Assembly: GCA_001938485.1 (NCBI GenBank)
Contig: MQRK01226513.1
Coordinates: 1 to 57,828, forward strand
Source of the DNA: Girardia tigrina
Lineage: Eukaryota
DNA: 57,828 nucleotides
Direction: 5' to 3'
Each line of letters opens with the position of its first letter. Position 1 is the first letter of the stretch. The notes under the pieces are model-generated. The model was not told the DNA's origin, did not search any database, and saw nothing but the letters and a program-made list of their open reading frames with translations. Shown piece by piece: positions 1-15,500 of the stretch. A program made the translations under genes and the position numbers.

Positions 1-624
1 TCATGTAAAGAATGTATTTGTTTATTATAAGTAAGCCAGTATTGGTTTTCTAGTAAATCTAATAGTGATAAATATTTAAAATCAGTGTTGTGACAAAACT
101 GAAGAACCAAGTTCTTGAAATCTGTTTTGTCTGATATGTAATCGCAATAATTCAGAAATTTTTATTAACAAATCAACAAAATGGATGAAAGAAAATCATT
201 TTTCAATCAACATTAAATCGAATGACATATTTCACTGAAATCTATTGATCAATATTTTTAAATAGATATTATGATTTTGAGATATCAAACTATAAGATTT
301 ACAGAAAAATTTCATTAACTGTCAACTGGAAATAAATTCAAAATAGAACTCTTTCATAAAACTTTGATATTAGAAAATTAAAAAATAAACATTTCAATTC
401 AAGTAAAATATTGGTATAACAAATTACAAGTAGTAGTAGTAAGATATATTTCAAGAAACGTGCTTGTTATAAGATGAGATCGTTTATCGAAGCAAAATTT
501 TCTGCAAAATTATGGAAACTGAGATGCTTGATTGAAAACTCTAAAAATATTTATATAATTAACACAAATTACCATTTGATAGTTTTATTGTTTACATTTC
601 ATATCAAATAAGGTAATTCATTAA

Positions 625-1002
625 TTGTTTTCTTATTTCTCTTTTTAATCATGATTATTCGAATAATTTTTCGAAGTCATTTTTTTAAATATGTTAATTA
701 ATATTAATTAAAAATAATAAATTTTACTATTTGTCAATAAATCCACAATAATAAAAATGTCATCAAATTATAAAAATACATTTAATTTAAATTTTATTAA
801 AAAATGTTAAACTTAATTTTAATTGTTATATTAAAAATATGAACTTATAAAATGATTATTTTAATTATGTTCAAATAGTCAATCATTTTAAATTTAAATA
901 AAAAAATACTAATTTCCATCTGGGTAGGAGAATCACCATTCTAAATTCAACATACAGTATCACTACATTTACACAGTCAAACAATTTAAAAAATTCCTCA
1001 CA
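625..1002 (-). repeat. dispersed repeat copy (TTCTCCCACCCAGATGG family), closely similar to 32990-33384
   Basis: Long co-linear similarity with 32990-33384. Motif at 916-932. Confidence 0.8.
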
Positions 1003-1570
1003 ATTTGTATTACGAGACATTGCTCGTATAACTAGCTACAATTTAACAAACTTACTCGTTTTGCAAAACAGTCAAAGTTTGGCTGTTTTTATTTATTTAT
1101 TATTTGTGAAAATATACGTGAGAGTATTATTCAAACGTCATTAAATATTTCTTTTAATATTTATTAATATCGGCACCAAGTTTAGAAAGAATTTTAAAAT
1201 TGATTATTAAAAAGTAAATTAAGTATAAAAAGGTACAAGTGATTTTTCAAAGATCTAAACACTGAATATAAAATAATTTCGGTTGTATATTTTGGTGAAG
1301 AAAATGAAAGACAATGTTATGATGTGTCTTGATTATGTTTTGCATACCGTTTTTAAAATGCAAGCAATCAACTTTAATCGAAGCATAATACTGAAATTTT
1401 ATCTAACTTCGTTTAAACCTATTCTTCAAATTTAATATTGGGAAATTATATGGAGCATAGTTCCACAAAAAATACTGGACTATAAAAAATTCGGTATTGT
1501 TATCATTAAATATAGAAACTAAATATAAAAGAATATAAAAGACTTTATTTTATAAACACAAAAATCAGAT

Positions 1571-4500
1571 TCACTGATCTTGATTATTACGGTTATTGAT
1601 ATTCATATTATTTCTATTGATTTGGTTAACGTGAAGCATTCGAGGGATCGGATTGATATTTCCACGACTACTTGAAGAAACTGTAGCAATATTTGTGCGC
1701 ACATTATGTCCTCTAATTTGATTACCGATATTGAAATTCGTGTTTCGGTCGATTGTTCGATTGATTGTAGAGTTAGATGATTGTTCATGAGAATTGGGGA
1801 AGACAGTAATTATAGAATTACTCGTCGCAGTACTCTGTGTATTTGAGTTATTCACCTAAATGAAGTTGATAAACATTCAATGAAATGGGAAACAAAAACC
1901 GGAATAATAGGTCTGACAAAAGCGGTTGAACCTCTATTCATTATTGAATTTTGACGTATTGATGAGAAGTTTCCCGGATAAACAAGTCTTTGAATGACGG
2001 GCTAAAGTATTTGAAGTACATATATCGATATCAATCATTTGTTTATGAAACATAAAGTTCACCTGAGTCGAATTCCTGCGCGGTATTGTTGAAGAATTTC
2101 TGGTGTGTTGAATTTGAAATTGAACTGCTTGACTTCTTGAACCCAAATTTGTTGACTGATTTTGAGAAAGATTTGTGACATTTGATGAATTTGTGATATT
2201 GGATGACATGGCTGAAACAGAGGGTTGAATTTGATTTGTATTTTGATGAATTACAGTTGCTCCTGAGACTACCTATATAAGTTTCACGTTATTTATTGAC
2301 TTTCATGTTTTATTCAAGGTAAAAGTTTTTTATACTGTTAAAAACACATTATTATGTAAATATTAAAAGTTTTATTTCTCAAAAAATTTTTAGTACATTT
2401 TAATCCTGTGTATCTCAAAATCGTTTAACTCAAATTGTTACTACGACTAATCACTAAACGGAGTTCCTGTTAAGCAAAAATGTTAATTTAATATTAAATA
2501 TCATTAAGTAAATATTGTTCTGTTTAAGCAATATTAAATTACGATTTTAAGTAGTTTTTATTTCTAATACATCAGAATAATACAGTAGAATAAATATTTT
2601 ATTCACTCTATTAACCCTACAATGCGCCGTGATTCATATTTGAATCAACCATATTTTACCTCAATATCTTTTAATCACGTGATATTTTACATACGTGAGT
2701 GTTTACATACTGTGAACCAAAAACATTGTCTATGGAATGATAACTGCCCATAAAGTCATAGATGCAATATATTTTGTCAACAAAAATGACAGTTCAGTTT
2801 TTTTATGACATATTTTTTTATTATAATTACAAAAATTGCGCATTGTAGGGTTAATAGCAAACACATGCTTCTTATAAAACGAATACTGAGAAATTGAGAA
2901 TCACAGAGAAAATAGAAAATAATCCTCATCTAAAATTTTTTTATGGCTTACCATTTTTGACAGAAATAAATATCTCCTAGATTGAAAGTTTCAAACAACG
3001 ACATGAGATCGCAAAAATGATGAAACGGAGAAGCCGTAGCAGTGTATATGAAAGCTGAGACACAATGGAATAAATCAACTATTCCTTACATTATGAAGTA
3101 ATTTAAACACATTGATATAAGCAATATGGGATAAACTGGCTTATTTTGGAAGCTCTTATCTGATAAAATCTTTGGATTTCATTGACAGAAATATCCCGTT
3201 GGAAGGTAAGTAAAAGAACAGCTAGTAATCCTTGTTTGAGCTGATATGGATGGAAGTGACATGTTTCAATCATATGACAATTAGATCGAAAACATACATG
3301 CTGAAAAAGGTTTAAGGAAACTTCGTATTGACTATACTTTTATCAACTACAATGAACTCTATATAAAGTACAAAAAATATAAATTTATAAACATTGTACT
3401 AAAATTCTATATATAAAAATACTCTCTATATAAAGTACACCACCATAGCAAGTACAAATTATAAAATTAATAGAGTTTACTATATTTGCAAAAATTACAT
3501 ATATAGCTTGAAGCTTTGAAATAAAATCAAGTATAGAGATAATCGACAGAACCGAGACAAAAGTAGAGCCATTGAACTTCATTGAACAGGTATCGAAGCA
3601 AATGGGATTTTCATAGGGGAGGAAAATCTTACTAATCACATCATACATGATTCCGGATGCAAAAATAAAATACAAAGCAGTGCCATGTGAATCGTCTGAA
3701 GAGAAACTAAGCGTTTTCAAAGGAAATACCCATCCTGGATTTAGAAAAAGAACTCGTAGAAATGAGAATGAGGTCCATCGACTCAACAGACTCAAGGACA
3801 CACTTAGAAAAACAGATGAAATCATTGAAAAGTTAGTTTAGAAAAAAAGAACTATCGAATTTGGTCTACACTAATCTGATAAATGATGAGGATGTGCAGA
3901 TTGAAATAGCCATTATGTGTGTCACTAAATGTGATGAGATAGAATTTATACAAACTGGAATGTTTGAAGATGATTAAATGAAACGAGCATACATGTGACA
4001 GTGTATAACACAAAAAGAAAATAGCTGAAAGGAAAAGAACAACAAGCTTACGGAAAGGAGAATTAATAGAACAAAACAAAAAAAGAAATTTAAAGTCTGA
4101 AAAATTACCCGTTGGACATGCACGAAGGACATATTAAAAGAGTGTCAAAACGTGAAGATTATTAATTGCAATAAAAGTGCATACTTAGGAACACAGTGAT
4201 TTGAAAAACTATATAGGTATAAGGATGATGATAAATGAAAAATTAGTCAAATAAAAGGTATAGAGAACGAAAATCATACATGAATAAGAAATACCAAGTA
4301 GAAGAACTCGACGAATTATGATAATAAATTTTCTTATGATAAATTGTACATAAGAAAAGACTGCAAATTGGGACTATTATAAGAGGACGATCTTGGAGGG
4401 AAACGAGGATTCACGATTACAAGAAGAGGTGATTAGTATGTTCCAATAGAAAGCCGATGCAGATATTTGATTGCATATATGAATGAAATCGTTGTAAATT

Positions 4501-7500
4501 TTTAAATGGTTTGAATAACTTATTTTAAAAATTAAAATGAGTAAATCAATTTAATATTTTAAAAACAATTAAAACACATTTTAATGTTAATCAATAAAAT
4601 TTACTATATAGAGAAAAAGGAATAATAACAACATCAGATAATTTTAAAATAGGAATAATTGAATGATGTAAGTATACGAATGTTTAGGAAATCGTTGTCC
4701 TGAAGACAAATCAAATTGTAATAATAATAAGTACCAAAAATTGCATTGGCGTTCTTAATAGTAGGGAAGGTCGCGAAAAGAAGTGCTAGTTGATTATTAA
4801 CAAAACATTTGTCAGCAGATACAGAATCATCGGAGAGAGTACACGTAATTTTAACCTCACAAAACCATCATGATTTATCGCTAACGTTTGCTGTTACAAA
4901 TCAAACAATGTTGAATCATTTGGATGAAATTGGTAATGTGAAATAGTTCGATAAAAAGGATTCCACATGAGTTGAATGAAAATCAGAAACAAAGGCGTTT
5001 GGATGCTTACGTGATGTTTTATCGTTAGAAATATGATCACTTTTTGAATCGAATCATCACGTATGATGATGCCATAAAAATTGCCTTCCCGGAAATTATA
5101 GATTATTGGCAACCAAATTTTTCATCAAATGGTCTCAACAAGCTGCCGCACAAAAGATAATAGAGTGTCAATAATATGGGTACTTACTTTGATGAATGAC
5201 ATAAATATTTTTATTGGTAAATTGTCAAAAAACTATGATTTTAGTTCTACAAATTTCATACTGATGACTTGATATTAAATATACTGAATAAAAAATATCT
5301 TAAAAAAATTTTCAAAAGTCTGCAAAAATGTTAGGAAATTTACGGTCTTCTATTTTTTTTATCAAATTATGAAATATATATGATTTAATGCGGTGAATAA
5401 AACCACTGATTTAAACGTAATTAAAAAAGTGATTACGATACAAAAGACATAACAAAAGTATGCGTGATTATGATTTGAGATCTGCATTAAATGTACTGAA
5501 TCTTGGGAAGATGAACCTGGAATTAGAAAATTTCAATCTATAGGCACTTTGAGCGACTTGAATTTGTTCACAAGATTCACGAAGATCTACAAAAACTCCT
5601 TTGAGAACAGGTCAACATTGAACTGTAGTTGTTTAATAATTCGTTGAACTAACGCTTTTAAAAATGAATAGGGTCCAGCAAAAGCGATGAACATTGTGGT
5701 GCTAATTTGTAAGATCAGTTCTACGTCATGATCGATTCGATAGGGAAATAATGATAAGTGTTTGCAGTAATTTCGAAGCTGCGTTTTGAATCGCACCGCT
5801 GATGCCGAGCTTTACTGTCACCATATGGAACGAGTCTATGACAAACTTTGGGATTAGTATTCATGTTTTCTTTTAAGTGAGTAAGTTATGCGAAGCACGT
5901 TCCCTTCAGTTCGTCATTGTCTACCTGCGTTCCTGGGTGACCCAGAGACTTATTATTGAGGTTAAAATTACGTCTACTCTCTCCGATGATCTGCACAACC
6001 CCAAGCCGCACACAATTAAACAACGATATATGATGTCGAGATTCTTCGGCATGCATTCTTAAGTCAGATGCAAGACGTTTGGAATAGGTATCGTTTTAGA
6101 AAAATAATTTATTCATTTATACTTTTAAACATATCATAAAATAGTATTTTTTTGAAAAACTTTATATTAGTGTTGTAATTATTTTATTTATTAATTCAGT
6201 TTGAGCTGACATGAAAATATGTATTTCAATCATCTTTTATGGAACAGAATGCGTGTTATTAAGAACACCAACACGGGTTTTCGAACTTTTATTTTCAATA
6301 CAATTTGAATTGTCCTTTGAACAACTCTCAGCTAAGCTTTCGTAATTCGATATCGTTCTAAATTGATAAATTTTAGTTAATGTTTTTTTAATAAACAATT
6401 ATTCGAACATTTTTTTCATTATTTAATTTTGTAATTTTAGTAATAATTTTATCTACATATTAATTTTATTTTAAAAATGATTTTATTTAAAGAAAGAACA
6501 TTTATTTAATTTAAAACTTAGTTAAAAGTTATTTACTTTTTTAAGTTTTTAATATTAAAATTTGAAACGATTTGATATTTTTAAAGATTTTTAAATAACT
6601 TATGCTGTACTTTAAAATGCAAATTATACTCGAATAATTATTCATCGTGAACATCTAAAATATCAATTTTCCATCTGGGTGGGAGAAACACATTTCCAAA
6701 TACTAAACTCAACATACCATACCAGAAGAATTATTATGTGACTATTTAATGAACATTAGTTACAGGTGATCGCAATTCGAAAAATCTTTATATGTTTATT
6801 AATGACATTAATATTGTATCGTTTTCATTTAAAATTGAAAACTTTTTATCATAAAATAAAAAACTAATACTCACTTGTCTATTAATAGGAACATTATATC
6901 GAGCTCTGGAAACAATCTGACTGTTTGAAGCTGTTTGAAGTGAGTATAGATTTTGGGTGTTGCCAATATTAGCCGAAGTTGTTCTTCTTATATGATTCAG
7001 TGAATGGGATGAAGAATTAGTAGGATTTGTTTCCTAAGTTGATTTTGGATAAAAAAATGCTATGAAAAAGAAAAGAAGTAATTACAAAATATCCGAGATT
7101 TCGATAGGTTGATGAAGCTGACGTCATAATTTGTTGTCTGTTAGCATTGGAATTCAAGTGATTAGACTCTGACTCACGTTCTTTATCGATTTCTTCTCTT
7201 CTCTGGATTAACATGGCTGGAGTAAATATTTTATCCGGTTGGATATTATGTTCCTGAACTCAATTGATCTATTGATGAAAATTATAATAGTTACATTACT
7301 TCTAATGCACTTATGTGAGTAGCGTTCTTTTTGATCGTTTGACTATGATTTGGAAGTAATGATGGATGTTTACTTGTGTTAACAACTTCATCCAACATTT
7401 TAAAAGTTAAAGTTGTTTTACCATCGTACGAATTAAGACAACTATTGACAATTTGATTAGTTTGAGTTAGATTAACTTTCATATCATTCTGTAAAAATTA

Positions 7501-10500
7501 TAACAATTATAATCATCATTATTTATTCCTAATACAAAAAGTTATATGAAAGGAAAAAGTTACCAAGAAGCATTGAAACATTTTGATTTTATTAGTCATA
7601 GCTTGAGTACTACCGAATATCGAAGTACCCTAAGTACCTATGGAATTCTTCATTTTTATTTTTAATTTTCTTCCAGTAACTCCAGCAATCGCTATGAATG
7701 AAATTTAGAAATTCCATTGCTAAACAAATATCTAAATTACCTGGCCGAGTTTCATTAACAGTTCGAACTCTCAAAACACCATTTGGATTAGATAAATTAG
7801 AACCTCTATTGATTCGAGATAAATTATTATCACATTTATTTTGATTCAGAAATCCCATTTGAAGTTTAGTAAAATGAATTTTGCACATTTCGCAACTCCG
7901 ATGAGTATTTGTAATAGCATAATAATTGAGATAATGCTCACATATTTTAAAATTTGGTAATGAATTGGATTTTTCAGAATTACTTGTGGAAAACTGATGA
8001 TCTTGAAAATGACTGATGTTCTAAAACATTCACAATAATTAATCTATCAGATTGAAATTAAAAATTGAAAGATTATCTTTCCTGTACCTAAATCTTTTTG
8101 TGTTTGATTGTTGTCACTAATAAAAGTTATATATTGCTAAAATGTTTTATGAATATGATTATATTATTTATTACAAAAATACTAATTATTATTTCGATAT
8201 TGATTTTGTTATCATAAGTGTTTATTAAAGTAAGTGCAGCTTTACTATCACCATTTCCGAAAAATTGGAAATACATTCAACTAAACGATACGCTTCGTCT
8301 TAGAATGATGAAAATGTAGTACCGAAATCACGGGATTGGAATTCCTAGTTACGACAGAAAAGTTTAAAAACTATTGCTTTATTGACTTGTGTAGAAAAAA
8401 AAATTTACTTGTAGAAAATTGATGATCTTGAAAATGACTGATCTCTGCAGAAATTGATCCCCGGACTCCTTGACGAATTGCTCGAGGGTGAATTTTAATA
8501 GCAAAAAATAACTGTAGGTATAATATCGATGCATAAAGTAAAATACAGTTTTTATGATACAATCTCTTAAGGTTAGGTTGAGCCCTAACGTTTCATCCCG
8601 TAACCCTAATCCTTAACCTAAACGCTAACCTTAATCATAACCTAAACCCAGTATTTAATGGAGCATTTTTTGTACGGGGAGCAGTCTTTTAGGGAGCAAT
8701 TTTTGGTGAGCGCACGGGGAGCAATTTCTCGAGAGCAATTATATGGTTACCAAATTTACTGTACAACCTAATTAAAAAGAGGTTGTTTAAGATAAGGTAT
8801 AAAAGATAAATAAAGTCTACTGAACATTCCCAAGTTGAATCAAGTCTATCACTGCAGTAAATTGAGATTTCAGGGAAAATATAAAAAATGGCTCTTTATG
8901 AACTTACATAAAAGAATAATTTACTCTTACGATAAGTTTATTTAACTAGAATTATGCTAATTTATCGTTGGCACCCTTTTATTCTTCATGTTACATGGTA
9001 AATAAATACATGAAAATTTCAGTTTGACTAAATATAGGTGGTTCCAAAAATTTTCGTTTTACATATTTGTTTTCCAGAAGGTAAAAATCAATGTCATATG
9101 CATGTCAAGTTTTATTTTTAACAAAATCAATTACGTAACATTTAGCAAAACAAGAAAATGTGGAATCAAGTGGGATAATTATTTATAAATAGGTACCACC
9201 ACTTTCAATTACTCTGCTGACATGGGCCAAGCAGTCAGTAAACTGTTTGCTAAATTCCTCAAGAGTAAACGTTGCAATAAAATCTCGGATCTTTTCCTCT
9301 ACCAAATCTGTCGTGTTCAAAGTATCCAAGCCTCGGAATGTCTCAAAGTTTTTAAAGATGTAACGATCCATTATATTCAGATCAGGAGAATAATGGAGCT
9401 ATCGGAGTAGGTTGATTTTCTTTTCTTCCAGTCAATTTTGCACTGTCCTGACGATATGCGGATGAGCATTATCATGCATGAGGATGTGACGCGTAATAGT
9501 AAAATGTGTAAAGATTAACAATAGGAATTCCAAATACTTTTCTACATTAACGGTTTATCCATGATTAAAATCTGAAATTAAGCATCACCATGAAAATTTG
9601 CGACCATTAGCCATAGAAACTTTTTGTCACGCATCATTATACAGGCAACCGTTGGTCTGCCGCACTCAAAATCGACCCAGGTCCTGGTGGATGACAAATA
9701 TGATAAATATCGACATATATCCACTTCAAATCTGTAACAAACAATCTTTCTCTAATGTTACGAGACATCGAAAAACCTCAAATTTCTTTGCATCCTGACA
9801 CACGAGTTTGTTTTTGATTTTCGCTCAAGTCATATAGAACTCATTTGACGTGGATGCTGATCTTTTGAAGTTCTAGAGTGAGAATACGTTGAATAGTAGA
9901 CTTGGGGATATCAGTGATCATAAAGAGACTGATGAGACTCAATGACTTGTCAGCCTCAATAAGATCACGAATGTCTTCCACATTTTCTTGAGTTGCAGGA
10001 GTTCGCGGTCTTTCATATCCTTCTCGTCGCTTAAAGGAATAAAATTTACCATCATGAAATTCTTTCACAATTTGCTGCACCTATCAGTAATTATGTCTCC
10101 CAACGCTTTTTCGATAAGGCTGTGAATGTCGGATGCCCAAAAATCATTCTTTGTTAGAGTGAAGATGAAAAACTTCTTTTCTTCTAAAGTGATTTGCTCC
10201 TCTATGGACCGTGTTGTTACTAAAAATGAGAAGAGCACAACATGAAAATTTATTTGAATTTAATATAGGTATTTAATTTTGACATATTTTCGTTAAATCT
10301 CTATTGCTTCTAAGTCCAGACTATCATATATATCAAAAATCAATAAATTCGAAAATTTTTGGAGCCCGCTATATGTCCATGAAGAATTATTTTTAAATGC
10401 ATTTTTACAATAGATTACAACAAATAATGTTATCAAACAACTTTTAAATTAAATTATTATCGTTCATTATTATAAATTCTCATAAATTTAAATGACTTTA

Positions 10501-12503
10501 TTAGAATACCGATATTCGTTACTGCAGTAAAATAAATAACATGGGATATTACTTGGTATAAGACCGCTTCTTCGTGAATATTCCATTCCGGTAATTTTTC
10601 ATACTCGTTTTCCCCATTGGATTGAGATGTGACATCAGAATTACTTCCATACTTGTTCTACATTTATTTTATAAAATGTTACAAAAATTGAAAACCAATC
10701 AATACGTTAAGAAATAATGGTGTTCGATTATTTTGAACGGGCCTCTGTTGAGAGATATAATTTTGCATAATTGTTCCAGTTACTGGATTTGTTTTCGTTT
10801 GGATACTAGTCATGTGACCAGTTGTAATTTGTTGTCTTTTTATTTTCAAAGCTTTTAAACCTTCTTTTGAATAAAATGGTCGTTGAAGATTTATTTTCAT
10901 TTGACTATCTCCAGTGCATAAGACAATGGAATTCGATCTACCGATTTCACTTGTCTGTGCATTATTGTTCACATTTTGAGAAGATGGCTGATTGGTAACC
11001 GAATATATCTGGTTATTTTCAACTAAATGAGGTTCACAAACAACTGGAGGGGATTTTTTCACATCCAATATATCTTTCGTTTCCATAACTTGTAATTCAG
11101 ATTCGTTTACGTTTTCTAGAAGTTATATAACAATGATGAATTATTTTATTAAAAATAATACTTTTTTCAATTTTATATCGTGATTTAAAATTACCCTGAG
11201 CCGTAGAAATATTGGTTTCATTTTCAGTATAGTAACGCCGATTCGTAAAAATTTTTCTCTTTTTCTGATGATTTAATGAATACTGTGAATATTCACCAAC
11301 GGAATATTCATTCGGAAGTTTTCTCTTTTTGAGCCTTTCTACTTCATTATATTCAGTTGGTACAATTGAAGTCTCATCCCGAACGTTCAATGATGACGTC
11401 TTTTCATCCCATTTTTTGTGATTTGATTTAACAATATAGCTTTTAGTTGGTATTAAATTGAACGATAATTCAGTATCTCGAATTGGTTTGAGCTTGTACA
11501 TGTCAACTATTTCACTCGACATGACTTTAATTGATTCATCTAATTGAGGAGGCATCCAGATCTAAAATTAATCTATGAGATACTATTGAAATTTTACAAT
11601 GATATTTAATTAATCAAAAAAAAAAACAAAACTAAAAAACAGATTTCTATAAAACTTGAATTTCATAATTTTACTAATTGAAGTATGCATTTTTGGAGCT
11701 TTAATAACATGTGGAGTTTAATTATGGACTGAGAGAAACTCTAGTCATAGATCTTATGTTTTGTATTTGATTAATTTTCAGAACATTCAGATGATTTATT
11801 AATGTTACAAATTAATGATTACATCTGAATGGTAGTCAATTGTCATTTCTGATCTTTATAATCGATTCGATTTAGACATAAATTTATAAGATTCTAGTTT
11901 GAAAAAAATGTATTTATTTGATTTTTCAAATATTTTGATTTGATTGGAGTAGTTCAAAAAAACTGAACGATAATATAAATATAATAATTTTTACAAACAA
12001 TATAATTGATGTTCATATAACTGAAATAAATTACTTTTCACAATATCTAATATTATTAATAATATCGTAATTTATTGATTTATTTTCTATATTATATTTG
12101 AAAGTCCAAACTATAAAAACAGATTTTAGTACCTATCTTAATTTAATCATTTCAAAATAATTCAGCTATCCTGAATTAGGAATTTGCAAAATATTTTATG
12201 AAGATTAATAAACAACCTAAAATAAAAATAGAGAAATCCATAAAAAATAAAAGTTTTAAAATTAGGAAAAACTAAATTGTGAACAAAAAATATTTTGAGT
12301 AACCATTTATTATTTTTAAATTCATGACATGTTTCGTTCTTAGCAGAACATCATCAGATGGATCGTCCATTGATAGAACAAATTGATAACCGATCAAAAC
12401 TAAAACCAACTAATTCCAAACTTTTAAAGTTCAAATGTCACATTCAAGAAAACTAAATATTTATCACTAAAATATATAGGTAAAAGTATATATATATATA
12501 AAG

Positions 12504-12554
<51 letters not shown>

Positions 12555-15500
12555 NNNNNNNNNNNNNNNNNNNNNNNNNNNNNNNNNNNNNNNNNNNNNN
12601 NNNNNNNNNNNNNNNNNNNNNNNNNNNNNNNNNNNNAAATATTTTTACACGATATACTGTCCATTATTTTCAATCACTTTCTTCCACCTTTCCGGTAGCT
12701 TCATTATTCCTGATTCATAAAAACATTAGCCTTTGTCAGCAAAAAAGCCGTCTAGGAACGATTTGATGTCATCATCACTGGCGAATGTTTTTCTGTTTAA
12801 GGAATTCTGCAGGGATCTAAATAAGTGAAAATCCGATGATGCCAAGTCTGGAGAATACGGTGGGTGCGGCAAAACGTCCCAACCCAGTGATAACAGTTTC
12901 TGGCGAGTGGTCAAACTTGTATGCGGTCTTGCGTTATCATGCTGAATTACAACACATTTTCGATTTGCCAATTCAGGACGTTCCTGTTGAATTGAATGAG
13001 CCAATTTCTCCAGTTGACCACAAGATCTGTCTGAATTGATGGTTTCATTCCTCCGAAGGAGTTCAAAAAACACAATTCCTTTAAAATCCCACCAGACGGA
13101 AAGCATACCTTCTTTTGGTGAATTTCTGCTTTTGGGATCCTTTTGGCAGACTCACAACGTTTTGTCCATGATCGTCAGCGTTCCACATTGTTGTATTCAA
13201 TCCATTGTTCGTCGTAATCAAGCGCTTCAAAAATGGATCACTTTGTTCTCGCTTCAAAAGGGAACTGCAAATGTCTATACGTTTGACCAAATGAATTTCT
13301 TTCAGTTCATGTGATAACCACATATCGAGTTTACTGTCGAATCCAAGTTTCTTTAAATTACTTCCAACAATTGATTTTGATATTTCTAGAGTCTCTGCAA
13401 CTTCTCTTGTTGTAATATGTGGATTAGATTTGATCAATGCTGTTATTTTGTCACCATCAACTTCAACTGGTCGACCGGAGCGTGGTGCATTTTTCAGATG
13501 AAATTTTTCAGAACGAAATTTAGAAAACCAGTATTGACACTGTCGAAGTTTTAAGGAGTCACTACCATATACNNNNNNNNNNNNNNNNNNNNNNNNNNNN
13601 NNNNNNNNNNNNNNNNNNNNNNNNNNNNNNNNNNNNNNNNNNNNNNNNNNNNNNNNNNNNNNNNNNNNNNNNNNNNNNNNNNNNNNNNNNNNNNNNNNNN
13701 NNNNNNNNNNNNNNTAAACATAGTCTGAAAATTAAGGTTTCAGAATATATAATTGAATTTAAATTTTATCACATCGTTTTATATTTTCAAGCTTTTTATT
13801 AGGACGTACTCAAAAACGCAATGACTTTTTGACAAACCCAATATATAGGCTTTAATCTAGTACCAAAAGTAACTTTTTTTAATTAAACCTGAAATTTAAT
13901 ACCAAAACATACCATTGAGTTGTCCAACTGAAATTGTTTTTGATCGTAAAACAAGATTTGATTTTGATCTTCAGTAATATCCATTAAATATTTTAATTTA
14001 TTTTGTCGTCGGATTCTATAAATTTCCCAGTTTCGATAAGATTCTTTACAATTAATAGATGAATTGATGAAATGTTCATTGTAAACCAATTGATTCTTTT
14101 TATCCGTCATTTGATCAACCTCGATGCCGTCTTTGAAGTTGCCTCTTTCAAATTCAAAAGTTTGCATTTTTTTGAATGATTGATAGTTACACATTTGTAA
14201 AAGATCATATGGACTTTCAAAACTTGTAAAAAGATCAATAATTAATTCAGCGGGTACTTTTCTTAAATTGCTTTTCTTTTGTAAAGACGTTTGAAAATCA
14301 TCAATACAAAATCCTGAAATGACTTTTTCTTTCAAAGGAGAAAGTAATTTATCAACAAAATATTTTAAAATCGATTGTTGACAAACTACGGCAGATGTGG
14401 TTAAAATTAAATCATTTGAATCCGAATATGTGTTTTCGTAAAGAAAAGAAAGATCATTTGTTAAGAAATATTGTTCAAGAGTTTCGAAGGTGCAAAGTTT
14501 ATAAATAGAAGAGATACCATTTTTCTGAGATAATATGCAATTCATTCCCCATCGATTGATCCTAAATGTAATTTATTAGAAATCGAGAAAATAAATACAT
14601 AATACAATTTAAGAATTATCTGATCGGAGTCTGTTTGCCAATGTGAATCGACTATGATTACGGAACAGGATTCTGCATTAATATGATTGAGAATTTGTTC
14701 ATTAGTTCTTGAATGCAGTAAAAGAATAGTTTTCTTATTTCGACTTTGGAATTTGTTGAACTTATCAATCAGATTCAACAGATACTCCTCATCTTCTCCG
14801 GTACATGAATTTAAACGAATCTTCAAAAATATCCCGTAATTGTTATTGATGAAAATTAACGTCTCAATCATATCTAAAAGTTCCAAACTGTGAGAAATGA
14901 TGATGCATGACTTTACTAATGAATCATTTGCAAGACTTTTCAACATTGAATTGAGAGTTTTTAACTTTCCTAATGGATTTAAATAATTTAGGAAAATTAG
15001 ATAAATTTATAATACCCGATAACTTTATGTCTTTCATAGAAGTTGTAGAAAGTTTCGCATTAATCCTGGGTAGTTGAGCGAAATAAGTCTTAAAAAAATC
15101 ACTTATTGATTTAATTAGATAATTTTCATTGGTTTTTATTAAATTTTTGGGTTTCGAAGTCGTTACTAATTTAGGTGACCGGGCCATCACTTTGTTTTCT
15201 ATGATTTTATATCTGTTAAAAATATTTATTACATCGCATATATTTATATATATATATATGAAAAAATACCTTAAACAATTCGAATCAATAAAATTTTTGG
15301 AAATCAAACATAGTTTTGTTAAACAGTCTGATTTATTTGGACACAAATTCAGATCCATCAAAAGAATATTACTAGGAGTAAAATAATAACAATCACTACT
15401 GTCCAAGAAAATCATATATTTTTCATTCTCTTTGGAGATATTAGTTAAACGAGTCTATAATTGGTTAATAATAAACAACAATAGCAAATAATTATAACTT

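Noticed and set aside
7560-7700. Possible in-frame TAG in the p400-like gene (pseudogene or readthrough)
   Set aside because: The splice pattern here cannot be resolved by eye; cDNA is needed.
8583-8649. Interstitial telomere
   Set aside because: Short, highly degenerate and embedded in a transposon-like end.
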